A program made the position numbers and the translations under genes. Below the pieces are notes generated by a model, which did no database searches, was not told the DNA's origin, and saw only the letters and a list, made by a program, of their open reading frames with translations. A DNA stretch of 64,000 nt from Macrostomum lignano (taxonomy: Eukaryota): the NCBI GenBank assembly GCA_002269645.1, contig NIVC01000891.1, positions 62,001 through 126,000 on the forward strand. Reading direction: 5' to 3'. Positions 50,898-61,794 of the stretch are shown one piece after another. Positions within the stretch are counted from its first letter, which is position 1. The number at the start of each line of letters is the position of its first letter.

Positions 50898-51273
50898 CGT
50901 TGTAGCTACTAAATATATGTTATAAGTGTCAATTGTGTCAAAATATATCTTGTGTCATCAAATCAAATCACAGATCTCGATGCCTCGCGACACAAACCAT
51001 GCTGCCTACTGACTGCCTGACTGAATGCAACGTCAACTCAGACCGTTAAAACAGACATAGGCTAGTAATGGGGTTTTATTGAACTGCGAATGCCATCAAT
51101 TTTTTGCTATTTTGCTTCACGAGTGATTACATTACTAGTCAGAAAGTATTATGTCTTCTGCTCCGACGTGGAGCTGCTACATTTAAGTAAGAAGACAACG
51201 GTTCGCTTAGGGGTTCGAGCTATCGTATTGCTCGGGTTGATACGAACTCCTCTTGGGATTCATGTTGTAACTA

Positions 51274-51419
51274 GGGCACAACCTATTTGTGGGACGATGG
51301 AGCCGGTAAGTGGCATAGGAAAAATGCGAGCAAAGCGAGAATTTTTTCTATGGTACTTACAGTTGCGAAATCGTCCCATAACTAGCTCGTACTTTATTAT
51401 AAAATAATAGGTTGTGCCC
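51274..51419. mobile_element. Small putative MITE (~146 bp)
   Basis: 17-bp perfect inverted repeat CTAGGGCACAACCTATT (51271-51287) / AATAGGTTGTGCCCTAG (51406-51422); TA flanks. Confidence 0.45.
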
Positions 51420-51625
51420 TAGACAATAAAACATTGGGCTGGGGGCATACTCTGTGTCTTCTCTGTTAATATACAACAGAAAGATTAAATAATCCAAGCA
51501 TGCCAAATATGATTTAGGATGTGCGGTATATTTTTAATTTAGCTTCAAGGCTGGAACAGCAGGTCAGGATCCAGTTTGCAGTCCCAGAGCAAGCCAGTCA
51601 GCAGAGACTTCCGCTACTGAAAATT

Positions 51626-53444
51626 TCAGGCGCACGTGAACGACAGCTTTGTTGCCTTCCAGCAAATCAGTTTGTCTTCTTTTTTAGACCGACTTGAGCA
51701 GTACTCGCGGCAGTCAGCTCTGCCCAAGTCTTTCTCGGCCACAATGATACCGTTCGGGCTGTGACTTCCGCAAGCATTGAACCACCAGCCAGCACTTCCG
51801 TGAGTTTCAGAACATGATTTATTGCTCTTGTCATTGTCCCTGTCGAATGTGCTGAATTCCATGTTGTCGTGGAGTTTCATATCACCAATCAGATCGCCCG
51901 ACTCAGCGTCGCCCACGCGCAGCTTGAAGTTCTCATCCTCTCCGCTAACCTGAAAATCCTTGTAAGTGCCTTTCTGAACTGTTCCGTCGAATCTCGTGGC
52001 TTGGAAAATCAGCTTGCAGCTTCGGTCCTTCGTGAGACTGGACAGCCGCTTCAGACCTGCGGGGTCCGTTGGGGTTGCATACGGTTGGTCCAGGGGCGTC
52101 GCCACCGGGGGGACAAGGGGGCATGCCCCCTCCTAGTAAAAGCTGTGGGGGACATGACAATGTGCTTTGTCTTACCCACCCCACCTTGTGGAAAGCAATA
52201 GTTTTGTTTCAGGGCGCTTAAATATGGCACCTGCGGCGCCAAAATGAGTGCCTGCGGCGCCAAAATGAGTGCCTGCGGCGCTAAAATGAGTGCCTGCGGC
52301 GCTAAAATGAGTGCCTGCGGCGCTAAAATGAGTGCCTGCGGCGCTAAAATGAGTGCCTGCGGCGCTAAAATGAGTGCCTGCGGCGCTAAAATGAGTGCCT
52401 ACGGCGCTAAAATGAGTGCCTGTGGCGCCAAAATGAGTGCCTGCGGCGCTAAAATGGTGCCTGCGGCGCCAAAATGAGTGCCTGCGGCGCTAAAATAAGT
52501 GCCTGCAGCGCCAAAATGAGTGCCTACGGTGCTAAAATGAGTGCCTGCGGTGCTAAAATGAGTGCCTGGCTCCAAAATGAGTGCCTGCGGTGCTAAAATG
52601 AGTGCCTGCGGTGCTAAAATGAGTGCCTGCGGCGTTAAAATGAGTGCCTAGCGCCAAAATGAGTTCTGACAACATGACTTTCAAAATAATGTACCAAGGA
52701 CTACTTAAGAAGTTCTTAAGTAGTCCTTGTAATGTACATGCAGGAATTTAGTCATGTACATGTACATTTTTTGCTTTCCCTACCCCACCATAAAATCCGT
52801 GGCGACACCCCTGGGTAGCCATAGTAGATGCAAATCACAAATCGCACAGCTGCCTCTAGTTCTGCACTGAGAGCTGGAGTCCCAGCTCACTTACCCATCC
52901 AGTAATCCTCGTGGGGGAACCCGAAGCCCTCCGCATAGACCTCCCAGTTCTGTAGGAACGAGATGCTGTTGCCGCTGTGCTGCTGGAACACCACTTCGCC
53001 TAGCGCTGGCCGGTTCGCAGAATTGTCAGCTCTGAGCCTCTCAAAGCGACCGAAGTGCAAACCCACCGGCACGAATTGCACGGTTTTGTGAACAACTGAA
53101 TTATCCAGGTCGATGAACTTCTTGATATTGTTGCACCTGTCCTGATTGCCGCACTCAAAGATCAACTCGCCAGCAGTTCCACCTCTGGACACTCGGGCCG
53201 TCACCCCGACTCCAAAATCATTGCCTTTGTCCACTTTCACATCCAGCCCAGTGACTGTCGGCTGGTCATTCCGCGGGCCAACTGCTGCAATTTTGAAGGC
53301 CAGCATGACCTCATAGCTGCCGCTAAAGAAGTTGTAGCTGATTCTGGCGGGCTTGTCCAGGAAGTCGACCTTGATGTCTTTTGCGAAGATCCCCAGTCCC
53401 TGGCAGAGTAAGATGACCAGGAGCATGACAGAACAAGACTGCAT
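51626..53444 (-). CDS. Secreted fibrinogen-related domain (FReD) protein. Exons 53444..52895 and 52056..51626; ~327 aa
   Basis: Phase-1 GT-AG join ...HEDYWMG|LKRLSSLT. Signal peptide MQSCSVMLLVILLCQGLGIFA. FReD motifs VVFQQH..FLQNWEVYAEGFG..YWMGL, MEFSTFDRDND..C..GWWFNAC. Confidence 0.88.
52091..52813. mobile_element. hAT-like MITE in the FReD intron containing a 21-bp tandem array (52228-52670) and a 35-bp palindrome
   Basis: 15-bp TIR CAGGGGCGTCGCCAC / GTGGCGACACCCCTG (1 mismatch). Unit GCCTGCGGCGCTAAAATGAGT. No intact TSD. Confidence 0.7.
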
Positions 53445-56400
53445 TGCTGCGGGTTGAAGAATGAATCAAAAAAGTTTTGTTCGGTATTTGGAAACTGATA
53501 AGTTATAAGCTGAGCATTTAAAATAATTTTTTTGTCCAAGCAGCCAGTGCTCAGGTAGGAAGGCAGTAAAAGAATGGAATTCGTTGAAGCTTTGAGGCAA
53601 AAAGTCGTGCAACATGCCGATTGTTCGGTCGTTTGCAATCTCTCTGAATAAAAAATCGATATTTTCGACTATTTTAGTGCTTGCTTGAGTAACGACTGGG
53701 TTGGAAATTCTTGGAACTAATTGCTTCTGGTTGCGGGTTGCAGAATTCATTTTGAATTTTGCTGTTGAGCTCTGAGCTGCTACCTTAAACTTTTTAAGTT
53801 AAATAGCTTGTATTTGGGCGACAATTTTAAAACAAAGCTGAAACTTAAAACTAAAACAAAATTAACAGAATATAGGCTGACTGAGAGCTGCTTGAACTCG
53901 GGTCATCTCGGGTCAAACAGCTTCTGCAGAGGCCGGCGAATTTTTGACCTTACGGGCAGATAGCGAATCCAGATCATGAGATGAGAGCGGAAAGGAGTTG
54001 GAATAGAAGATGAGCGATGAAATAAAAGATACATGTAGAACAGGAGAACGGAGAGGGAACAGAGGGAAGAGATCGAATCGGTGAGAGGAGGGGAGAGGAG
54101 AGAAATGAGAGAAAAATGGAAGACAGAGGTGATAGGGGAGAGGGGAGAGAGGGAAGAGAAGAAGAGAGGGGATAGAACAGAAAGAGCTGAGAAGACACAA
54201 ACCTTGAGCGGGCTGGATTACTATTGTGAAGTTTCAAAGGATCAGATGGTTGGATAGAGGAGCTTTGAGGGGCTGCATATGTGGTCGGCAGACAGGGTCA
54301 GGGAGAGAGCTACAGGGAATACCTGGCTAAGCGTCGTGATCGGCCACGAGCGAATCCATCCACTATTCATTAAACCTCACCTGTCAAATGTTTTGCTTGC
54401 GTGAACTCTTCAGAAAACCGATTTGAACCACGGTCAACCCGAAATCATGCACCAGAGGTACAAATACAAGCCAAAAATCTGAGCTGATGTCTCAGACTCG
54501 GGGCAGTCGCAGAGGAGACTGAAGCAAGGACTACTAGACTTGCAAAGCAAGGAACTATATCCGTGGTCCTTAAATTGGACTAAAGAAAAAAGAAGAAAGA
54601 GGCAACTTGGGACCACATCTCTGAGAGAAGAGAGAATTAGATAATAATTATTCGTTGCTTTGTTATTTGATTAGCGAGAACAGATTTAATTTCAATTGAT
54701 TGAGAAATTGATTTCTGTTGATTTTATTGAGTTGAAGGCCTCCTCATTCCAAACAACATCAACAAAAATACGTTGTCAACCAGTCAAGCGTGAGACAACG
54801 TCACAGGGCGTTTTTTCAGGGCCTGGGCGCGAACGGGAATTTTTAACGTTCTCATAGTGAAAAACGGCTGAAAACATCATCCTCTTCTGATTATTGAAAG
54901 TGAAATTTACAATTATATGTGTAGGAACTCTGACTCTCTGTAGTGACATTCTTTGTAGTAGTAGAATATTAATAACGGTGTGAGCTCTAAGAGTCTGTAA
55001 CTTGTTACTAACACATAATTTCTTGCTGTTTTCACAATCGGAAAACCCAGCTGCAGTGTGACGATTTTATGGGCCGACTTTTCTTTTGCTAATGTTGATG
55101 AGTTGTGTAGCAGCAGGATTGACATGTACAGTATGAAGAATTGTGGTAAAATGAACTATAGGCGAATTACAGGGAGCTGTCGAAAATACTGTCGAAAATC
55201 TGCGAAATATTAAATATATTTATCTATTAAGTATTAGAGCCAGCACAAAGCCAAGAGCGACAAGCGACAAACCAGACAAACAGCTTAACGGAAATTCAAA
55301 ACATTTTTATAGTCATTTGAAATTTGAATATTAAGATTTAAACTCAGTAGTGAAAAATTTATCTGATTGACAGGTCCAAATACAAGTAATGCGCAAATAC
55401 AATTAATGAACTCGTAGCAGATTTAAATACCAGTAATTACTTTTGCAAAAACGATGTACAAGAACTCAAACCGTTACAGGTGCGTCAATCACAAGACTTA
55501 AATTACTCGTACTGCGGTAATAAAATTAGCACCTGTTTAAATTTTCCTATTTGCGAAAATTTAAAGAGCTTTAATTCAAGTTAATTTCAAGCCAAACTGA
55601 ATTGCTCACAGTGGGAATTTTATATATTTTATTTACACATTCGGCTTATCATTAGTCCAATAAAAAGTATTCTATTGCAGCAACTTTAAACTTGCCTAAT
55701 TTCATAGTAGATAAGCAAAACTAAAAGAACATTCTGTCATGAATTTTAATTTTAAGTACATGGACCTAAGAAGGTTCTGTATCACTTGCAAGTGAACAGA
55801 TTTTGTGAACAGACAAAGTCATGCAGCATTATAAAAATTAAACAGAAGTTGATAAATTTTGAGGACATTTGCACAGCTGCATTTGGAGTTTTAGGCATAG
55901 CCATAATAGGTGACACTTGAACTCAGAATATTTGTATTAAGCTATGAAATCAAAATTAGACAAAATATTAATAAATTCTCAGAAATGACCCATGATAAAT
56001 TTTCAGCTTGCTTCAAATCATAGTTCAAATTTCAAAGAGCTGAATGTTTCATTATAAATTTATAATTTGTCTTTTACCAGCATAATATTGAAAAAAATTT
56101 ATGCATGTGACTGATAACAGGCTATTGCTATGTGATGGTATAGAAGAGTAGATTAAATTGTAGTAGAATGTCCATATATATTATACTAATTTTCCATCAT
56201 TCATTTAATTTTTTCGAATTAGTCCAACCTATTCTAGACACAACTTAATCTTTTTTTCCAAGATTATATTAGTTTCAAAGGAACTTAGTCAATTCAAGCA
56301 TAGACATTCATTATATTGATTAAATTCTTGAATGACTGTTTTGATAACTTAAAATAACCATAAGGAATAAACACCATCTTTTGCATAGAAAGTTTTTGCA

Positions 56401-56899
56401 CCTTGTCATTATGGCACATAGTGAATCTATTAAATAGGTATAAAAATATTTCTTCAAAAATATTTGCCAACTTTTCAATAAGCCTATAGCTCTATAATGT
56501 CACAAATTATCTTATAGGTTTAATGTAGGACTTTAAGATCTTTTAAAAATATTCTTCACTGACAATTTTGTAAACTATAACCATTGTACCATTTGTAAAT
56601 TATTTGACTAAATCCAAAAGTATTAATCTGCTATTTGTGCCTTGTGAACGAGCTCTAATATAATTCCTGAGTATTTTATTGTCTGTTCTATTTAGTCTGA
56701 TATACAGGTTCGTACTTTTTACTGTGCATGTACCAAATTAATGGTTCAATAGGCTAGCAGGAAGCTCTTTCCAATTTTCACTATCAAAATTGGATATACA
56801 TGTAGTCAGAAAGTCATTCACTCAGAGAGGAAGCCAACCATTATCTAATTACCTAGTTCTAATTTTATTACTAACAAACTTATACATTTCAGCGCCATC

Positions 56900-58051
56900 A
56901 TGAGGCTGCGATTGTTGCCACTAATGCTTGCAACCTGCCTGAGCCTGATGGCTGCAGTGTACCATTTTAGTGCGAAGACCTCAGTGCTGCAGCTGTCAGC
57001 CGTTTGGATTGTCAACCAGTCTGAAGCAAATTTGCTAGTTTTTAAGGCTCAAGTGCCGACTTACGCCATGCCCCTGGATATTGAGGCTCTGAGGCTGAAC
57101 TTCCCGAAGCTGAAGGATGCCACCAAGCGGCACAGCGGGCCGCACAGAGGCCGGCTGGACCAGATGATGCTGAGCTACGTGCCGGTGTTCAGCACCACAC
57201 AGTGGATGCTGCACAGCCCCAGCGGCAGGCGCTTCACCATAGCGGAGGTCCAGGCTGTTGCCAAGTCCACCATTCGCCCGGGAGTTCCGGTGCCAAACGT
57301 TGCCCACTTTGTGCTCCCCTTCGGCGACACCCAGCTGCAGTTCCACCACATGGTCAGCCTCCTCAGCTGCCTGCACGTGATGAAGCCACATCGCCTGATG
57401 CTGTGGTACGCTCCTGGCAGGCTGCCCACTGGACAGTGGTGGGACCGAGTGAGGAAGAACCTCACCGACGCGGAGTGGGATGAAAGGATTGTCATGGTGC
57501 AGAGGCCGGTCCCCAAATCGGTGTACTCGGTGCCAGTTCACGGCAGAGAGCACCAGTCGGATGTGATGAGGCTGGAGGCCGTGCTTATATTTGGCGGCGT
57601 GTACCTGGATATCGACGTGCTCGTGCTGAAGCCGCTGGACCCTCTGCGGAAGTTCGGCTTCACCATCGGTAGAGAGGTTTCCTACGGTCTGTGCAACGGC
57701 ATCTTCATGTCGGCTCCGAGTGCAACTTTTCTGGCCATGTGGCACACTGCATACCAGGTGTTCGATGATAACGCTTGGGGCGACCACTCTGTGAAGTTGC
57801 CGCACTCGATGCAGCTGGCGTTCCCGGATCTGTGCCACGTGGAGGAGGACAGCCTGGACCGCCCGAACTGGACTTCGGAAGAGGTGGTCTGGATCTACGG
57901 GATCGGGCAGCAGCACCGCTGGGACTGGCGGAGAAAGAACTACGCTGTTCACCTGTACGGCAAATTCAACAATGAGAACTTGTCTAGCGTAAGAAGCCTG
58001 AACTCCATGTACGGGGAAATGTGCCGCTACATTCTTTTTGGGAGCAGCTGA
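56900..58051 (+). CDS. Glycosyltransferase family 32-like (DXD sugar-binding; alpha-1,4-GlcNAc/Gal-transferase-like) type II membrane protein, intronless CDS, 383 aa
   Basis: N-terminal anchor LLPLMLATCLSLMAAVYHF; VPNVAHFV; HQSDVMRLEAVLIFGGVYLDIDVLVLKPLDPLR; LCNGIFMS; YAVHLY. Acceptor TTTCAG just upstream of the ATG. Confidence 0.88.
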   Translation: MRLRLLPLMLATCLSLMAAVYHFSAKTSVLQLSAVWIVNQSEANLLVFKAQVPTYAMPLDIEALRLNFPKLKDATKRHSGPHRGRLDQMMLSYVPVFSTTQWMLHSPSGRRFTIAEVQAVAKSTIRPGVPVPNVAHFVLPFGDTQLQFHHMVSLLSCLHVMKPHRLMLWYAPGRLPTGQWWDRVRKNLTDAEWDERIVMVQRPVPKSVYSVPVHGREHQSDVMRLEAVLIFGGVYLDIDVLVLKPLDPLRKFGFTIGREVSYGLCNGIFMSAPSATFLAMWHTAYQVFDDNAWGDHSVKLPHSMQLAFPDLCHVEEDSLDRPNWTSEEVVWIYGIGQQHRWDWRRKNYAVHLYGKFNNENLSSVRSLNSMYGEMCRYILFGSS

Positions 58052-59977
58052 TGCCCCTCAGTTCGCTTTATAGGTTCATGTCGATAGTGTTCAGCAGTAT
58101 TTTTGCAACTATTCATTTTCAGCAGTTTGTGTATGAACTTTTTCATGTTGACGCATGGAATTCTTTGCAAATATACACTTTGTCCAAGACCAACTGTTTA
58201 TTACAATCTATATTTTAATATTTTGTGTAGTATTTTCTTATTGCTGCTTCTGTTGGCGAACGTCAATATTGACAAGCCGCAAAACAAAGTCTGTTAATTG
58301 CGCTTACATAAAAAACGCTTTGATGTTGAAGACTTCTTTTGGTGCGTATTTTTATATTAGCAATGTATACCTTATTTTATTTATACCGTTTGGCGCTGCC
58401 CGTTGCTGATGCTTAATGCCGTTTATAATACGCTTTAATGAGGCGCTTGAATATTTGCGAATCATATGCTTTGCTTGACTACGAGTACACTGCATTTTGA
58501 GGTAAAAGAAATAAATATTCATACACAAAGAATGAATACACAAAGTACCACCCGAGTGGTTTAACTCTCGGCTATTTGACCTCGCGCTTAGAATCAAGAC
58601 TTTTTCCTTTCATCAAATCTGGTCTCTGGGCTTTGCTAGCATATATGAAGTGTAGAACTTCCACCTCGCGGTTGTGGGGGATCGATAGTTTTAAAGGTTC
58701 TCAAAATGTCGGCTCCTGAGTCAGAGTCAGGAGTCAGGCTCTCGCATCTCTCAGAAGTAGCTCGGGGCATAGATCCTATATTCCTACAGTCGTACGAGTA
58801 TATATCATCTTTGGCTCGGGGTAGCGCGTCACTCGGTACGTATTGAATTACAATATTCACTATCTAGTAAACGTTCGACCCTCTTAAACTATATACGAGT
58901 ATAGTCCTGGCGAGGGCCACACTGGGCGAATAGAATCGGAAAATAAAGTATATATGTATTTTCGTCTCCTTTGTTTACATTAAACTAAATAGCTGTATCT
59001 ATTTACTGTTAATCGAACTACGTTACCGGATAATACTGGGCTTTTCTTGCTTTTTATAATTCTGCATGCTTAAGCGTCTCAGGGTCTCGCTAGCGCACTC
59101 CAGCAAGGAATTTAATAGTACGGTACAGAACAAACTGGAGCGTAAAATTAAAGGCCGTTTTAATCCAGTAATCCTAATCCGCAGGGGCGGAACTTCCACA
59201 GTGAATCTGTCTTTGCCCAGAACTGATGAATGAAAAATATATGAACAGTGGTAGATAAGGCTAATCAGCTGAATTTGAATTGCGGTGGTTAGATTTACGT
59301 GTAGTTAAGCAGCAGCAGTAACTGTGTACATTTCGCTCAATCGTTACCTCACGTCTGCCAACTGGTTGTGCCAACCGATAATTTTCGGTATACTGTAACG
59401 TGTACTCGGTCTTACTTGACTTAGCTGCAGCAGGCATCATCCGGCGGATGCAGCGTAGAGGTGAAGGGGACGACCACTCATTCCCCTATAACCTAGCGAC
59501 TAAAAACGTCCATCGAAGTGATGTCGCTCATGGGGCGATCGTCTGTCTCGCCTACAGCGCGATCCTCCTCACCGGCAGTTGGGAAGAAATCAGCTCGACC
59601 CATGTCGCCCGAGGTACCGGGCTAGCAGCGGTATGCTTTTGGGCCAGCAAACGTCGAAGAGAACCGGTTCTGGCCCGAGGTGAGTGAGCCGGGCTCTGGT
59701 GAATACCGGAAAATGGCATTTTAAAGTGTTCAGCGTTCTCAATATAATTAAAAGTGGCATCTCAGGGACCTGGACCTGATCTGGAAACGACGGTGGCGAC
59801 AGATGCCCAGAGAGGGCCATCATGCTGACTGCTCTAAGATTGAGCCTGAGGAGGGCTCTATGCAGCATGGGAGAGGGGCAGGGGAGGGCAACAGTGGACT
59901 TCATTGTTTCCACTCTAGCTAGAGTAAATATTCGCGCATTAGGATCATTATATTATATTTATTAAAGCGTGCTTTAA

Positions 59978-61313
59978 CAGTAGGAATGCCAAGCCATTTT
60001 TCCGCCCGTCGAACTACCAAGAGGGGGGGGGGGGGAATTTCCCCCCCCCCTGAGAATTTTTTTTGCTGCGCCGGAACGGAGCAACACAGGCACACGAAAT
60101 TCAAGAACACGGGCTTACTTTTTGTTGCGCACCTTCTCAAACAAGAATCAAGTCGCCAGCCCATCGGACCGTCGAGATATTCGACGATTCTGCCAGAAGG
60201 TCGGATTTTTCCCATAAGTGCTAGTGTATTCAGTACACCCCTGTGCGCCAATTAGCACTGCGCCTCAGTGCAGCCTTGCCAAGTCTCCAAATTTCATCAG
60301 CACGTCGAACACATGTGTCTGCATCAGCTTTGACTTCGTTGGTCACTAGCCTTCACCCAAGTGGAGCTTCTGGACCCTCAACAGCTGTGGCACCAGGTGA
60401 CTATGGACACCCTGATGCGGATTTCTCTAGTTTCGCCGATCAAGCCTCGACAGTGGGCAAGAATCAACCGCCAGACATTCTCAGCTAGTCTCTCAAGCAT
60501 TCCGTCATCATCCCGACGCCGTCGGCTCCTTCAACAGATTACACCAGGAGACTATGGACATCCTGTTGCAAATATGTCAGGTTTTTCTTATCAAGCTTCA
60601 ATAATGGGCAAACCTCAACTGCTGGACATCCTCAGCTAGTCAGTCAAGCATTCAGCCATCACCCCGACGCCGTCGGCACCTTCAACAGGTGGCACCAGGG
60701 GAGTAAGGATTACTCCCCATTATTGAAGCTTGATAAGAAAAACCTGACATATTTGCAACAGGATGTCCATAGTCTCCTGGTGTAATCTGTTGAAGGAGCC
60801 GACGGCGTCGGGATGATGACGGAATGCTTGAGAGACTAGCTGAGAATGTCTGGCGGTTGATTCTTGCCCACTGTCGAGGCTTGATCGGCGAAACTAGAGA
60901 AATCCGCATCAGGGTGTCCATAGTCACCTGGTGCCACAGCTGTTGAGGGTCCAGAAGCTCCACGTGGGTGAAGGCTAGTGACCAACGAAGTCAGAACTGA
61001 TGCAGACACATGTGTTCGACGTGCTGATGAAATTTGGAGACTTGGCAAGGCTGCACTGAGGCGCAGTGCTAATTGGCGCACAGGGGTGTACTGAATACAC
61101 TAGCGCTTATGGGAAAAATCCGACCTTCTGGCAGAATCGTCGAATATCTCGACGGTCCGATGGGCTGGCGACTTGATTCTTGTTTGAGAAGGTGCGCAAC
61201 AAAAAGTAAGCCCGTGTTCTCGAATTTCGTGTGCCTGTGTTGCTCCGTTCCGGCGCAGTGAAAAAAATTCTCAGGGGGGGGGAATTCCCCCCCCCCTCTT
61301 GGTAGTTCTACTG
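59978..61313. mobile_element. Foldback element: ~600-bp near-identical inverted arms (59978-60608 / 60716-61313) with a 107-bp spacer
   Basis: Mirror ORFs in the track (60243..60488 + versus 60836..61081 -, one residue different). Ends CAGTAG...CTACTG flanked by TTAA on both sides. Confidence 0.85.
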
Positions 61314-61794
61314 TTAATATACAAAAAATATGAAGACGAAACAACTAATAGCTCGTATTTTCTTATAGAGCTATCTGCATCTCACTAGTTCAAAACATAT
61401 GTAAGATCTTAATTAGTTTGCGGCCGACTAGAAACTTATAAGCTTCTACGAGGGATGTCCCAGAAGTAGTGTCACTTTTGCTTGCTTCCACAAGTATTAA
61501 TGTGTGTCAAAAAATCATATGCCTTAAAAGTTAGCGGCTTATTTTAGCTTTCATGCCACGAAAGTCCGATTTTTATAAGTGCTTCCTGCTGTAAGCAGCA
61601 CGCATTTGTTCGCAAACCCTTGGCCATAGAAATACATCGCATAGTGCTTCTATGCTCACTCAGAAGAAAGCCAAATTAACTCTGTGCTTGATCAAGCACA
61701 GAGTTGCAAGACAGTAGCTGCAAGATTTGTTCCAGTCATGGACCCCAACATTCACTCTACAGAAGGACGGAGACACGCAATTTCTAAACTTTGG

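Noticed and set aside
57035-57952. 305-aa minus-strand ORF
   Set aside because: Antisense shadow of the glycosyltransferase CDS; no motifs.
59919-61344. Protein-coding genes in the foldback arms
   Set aside because: Short mirror ORFs broken by stops between the ~150-bp units; no recognisable domain.
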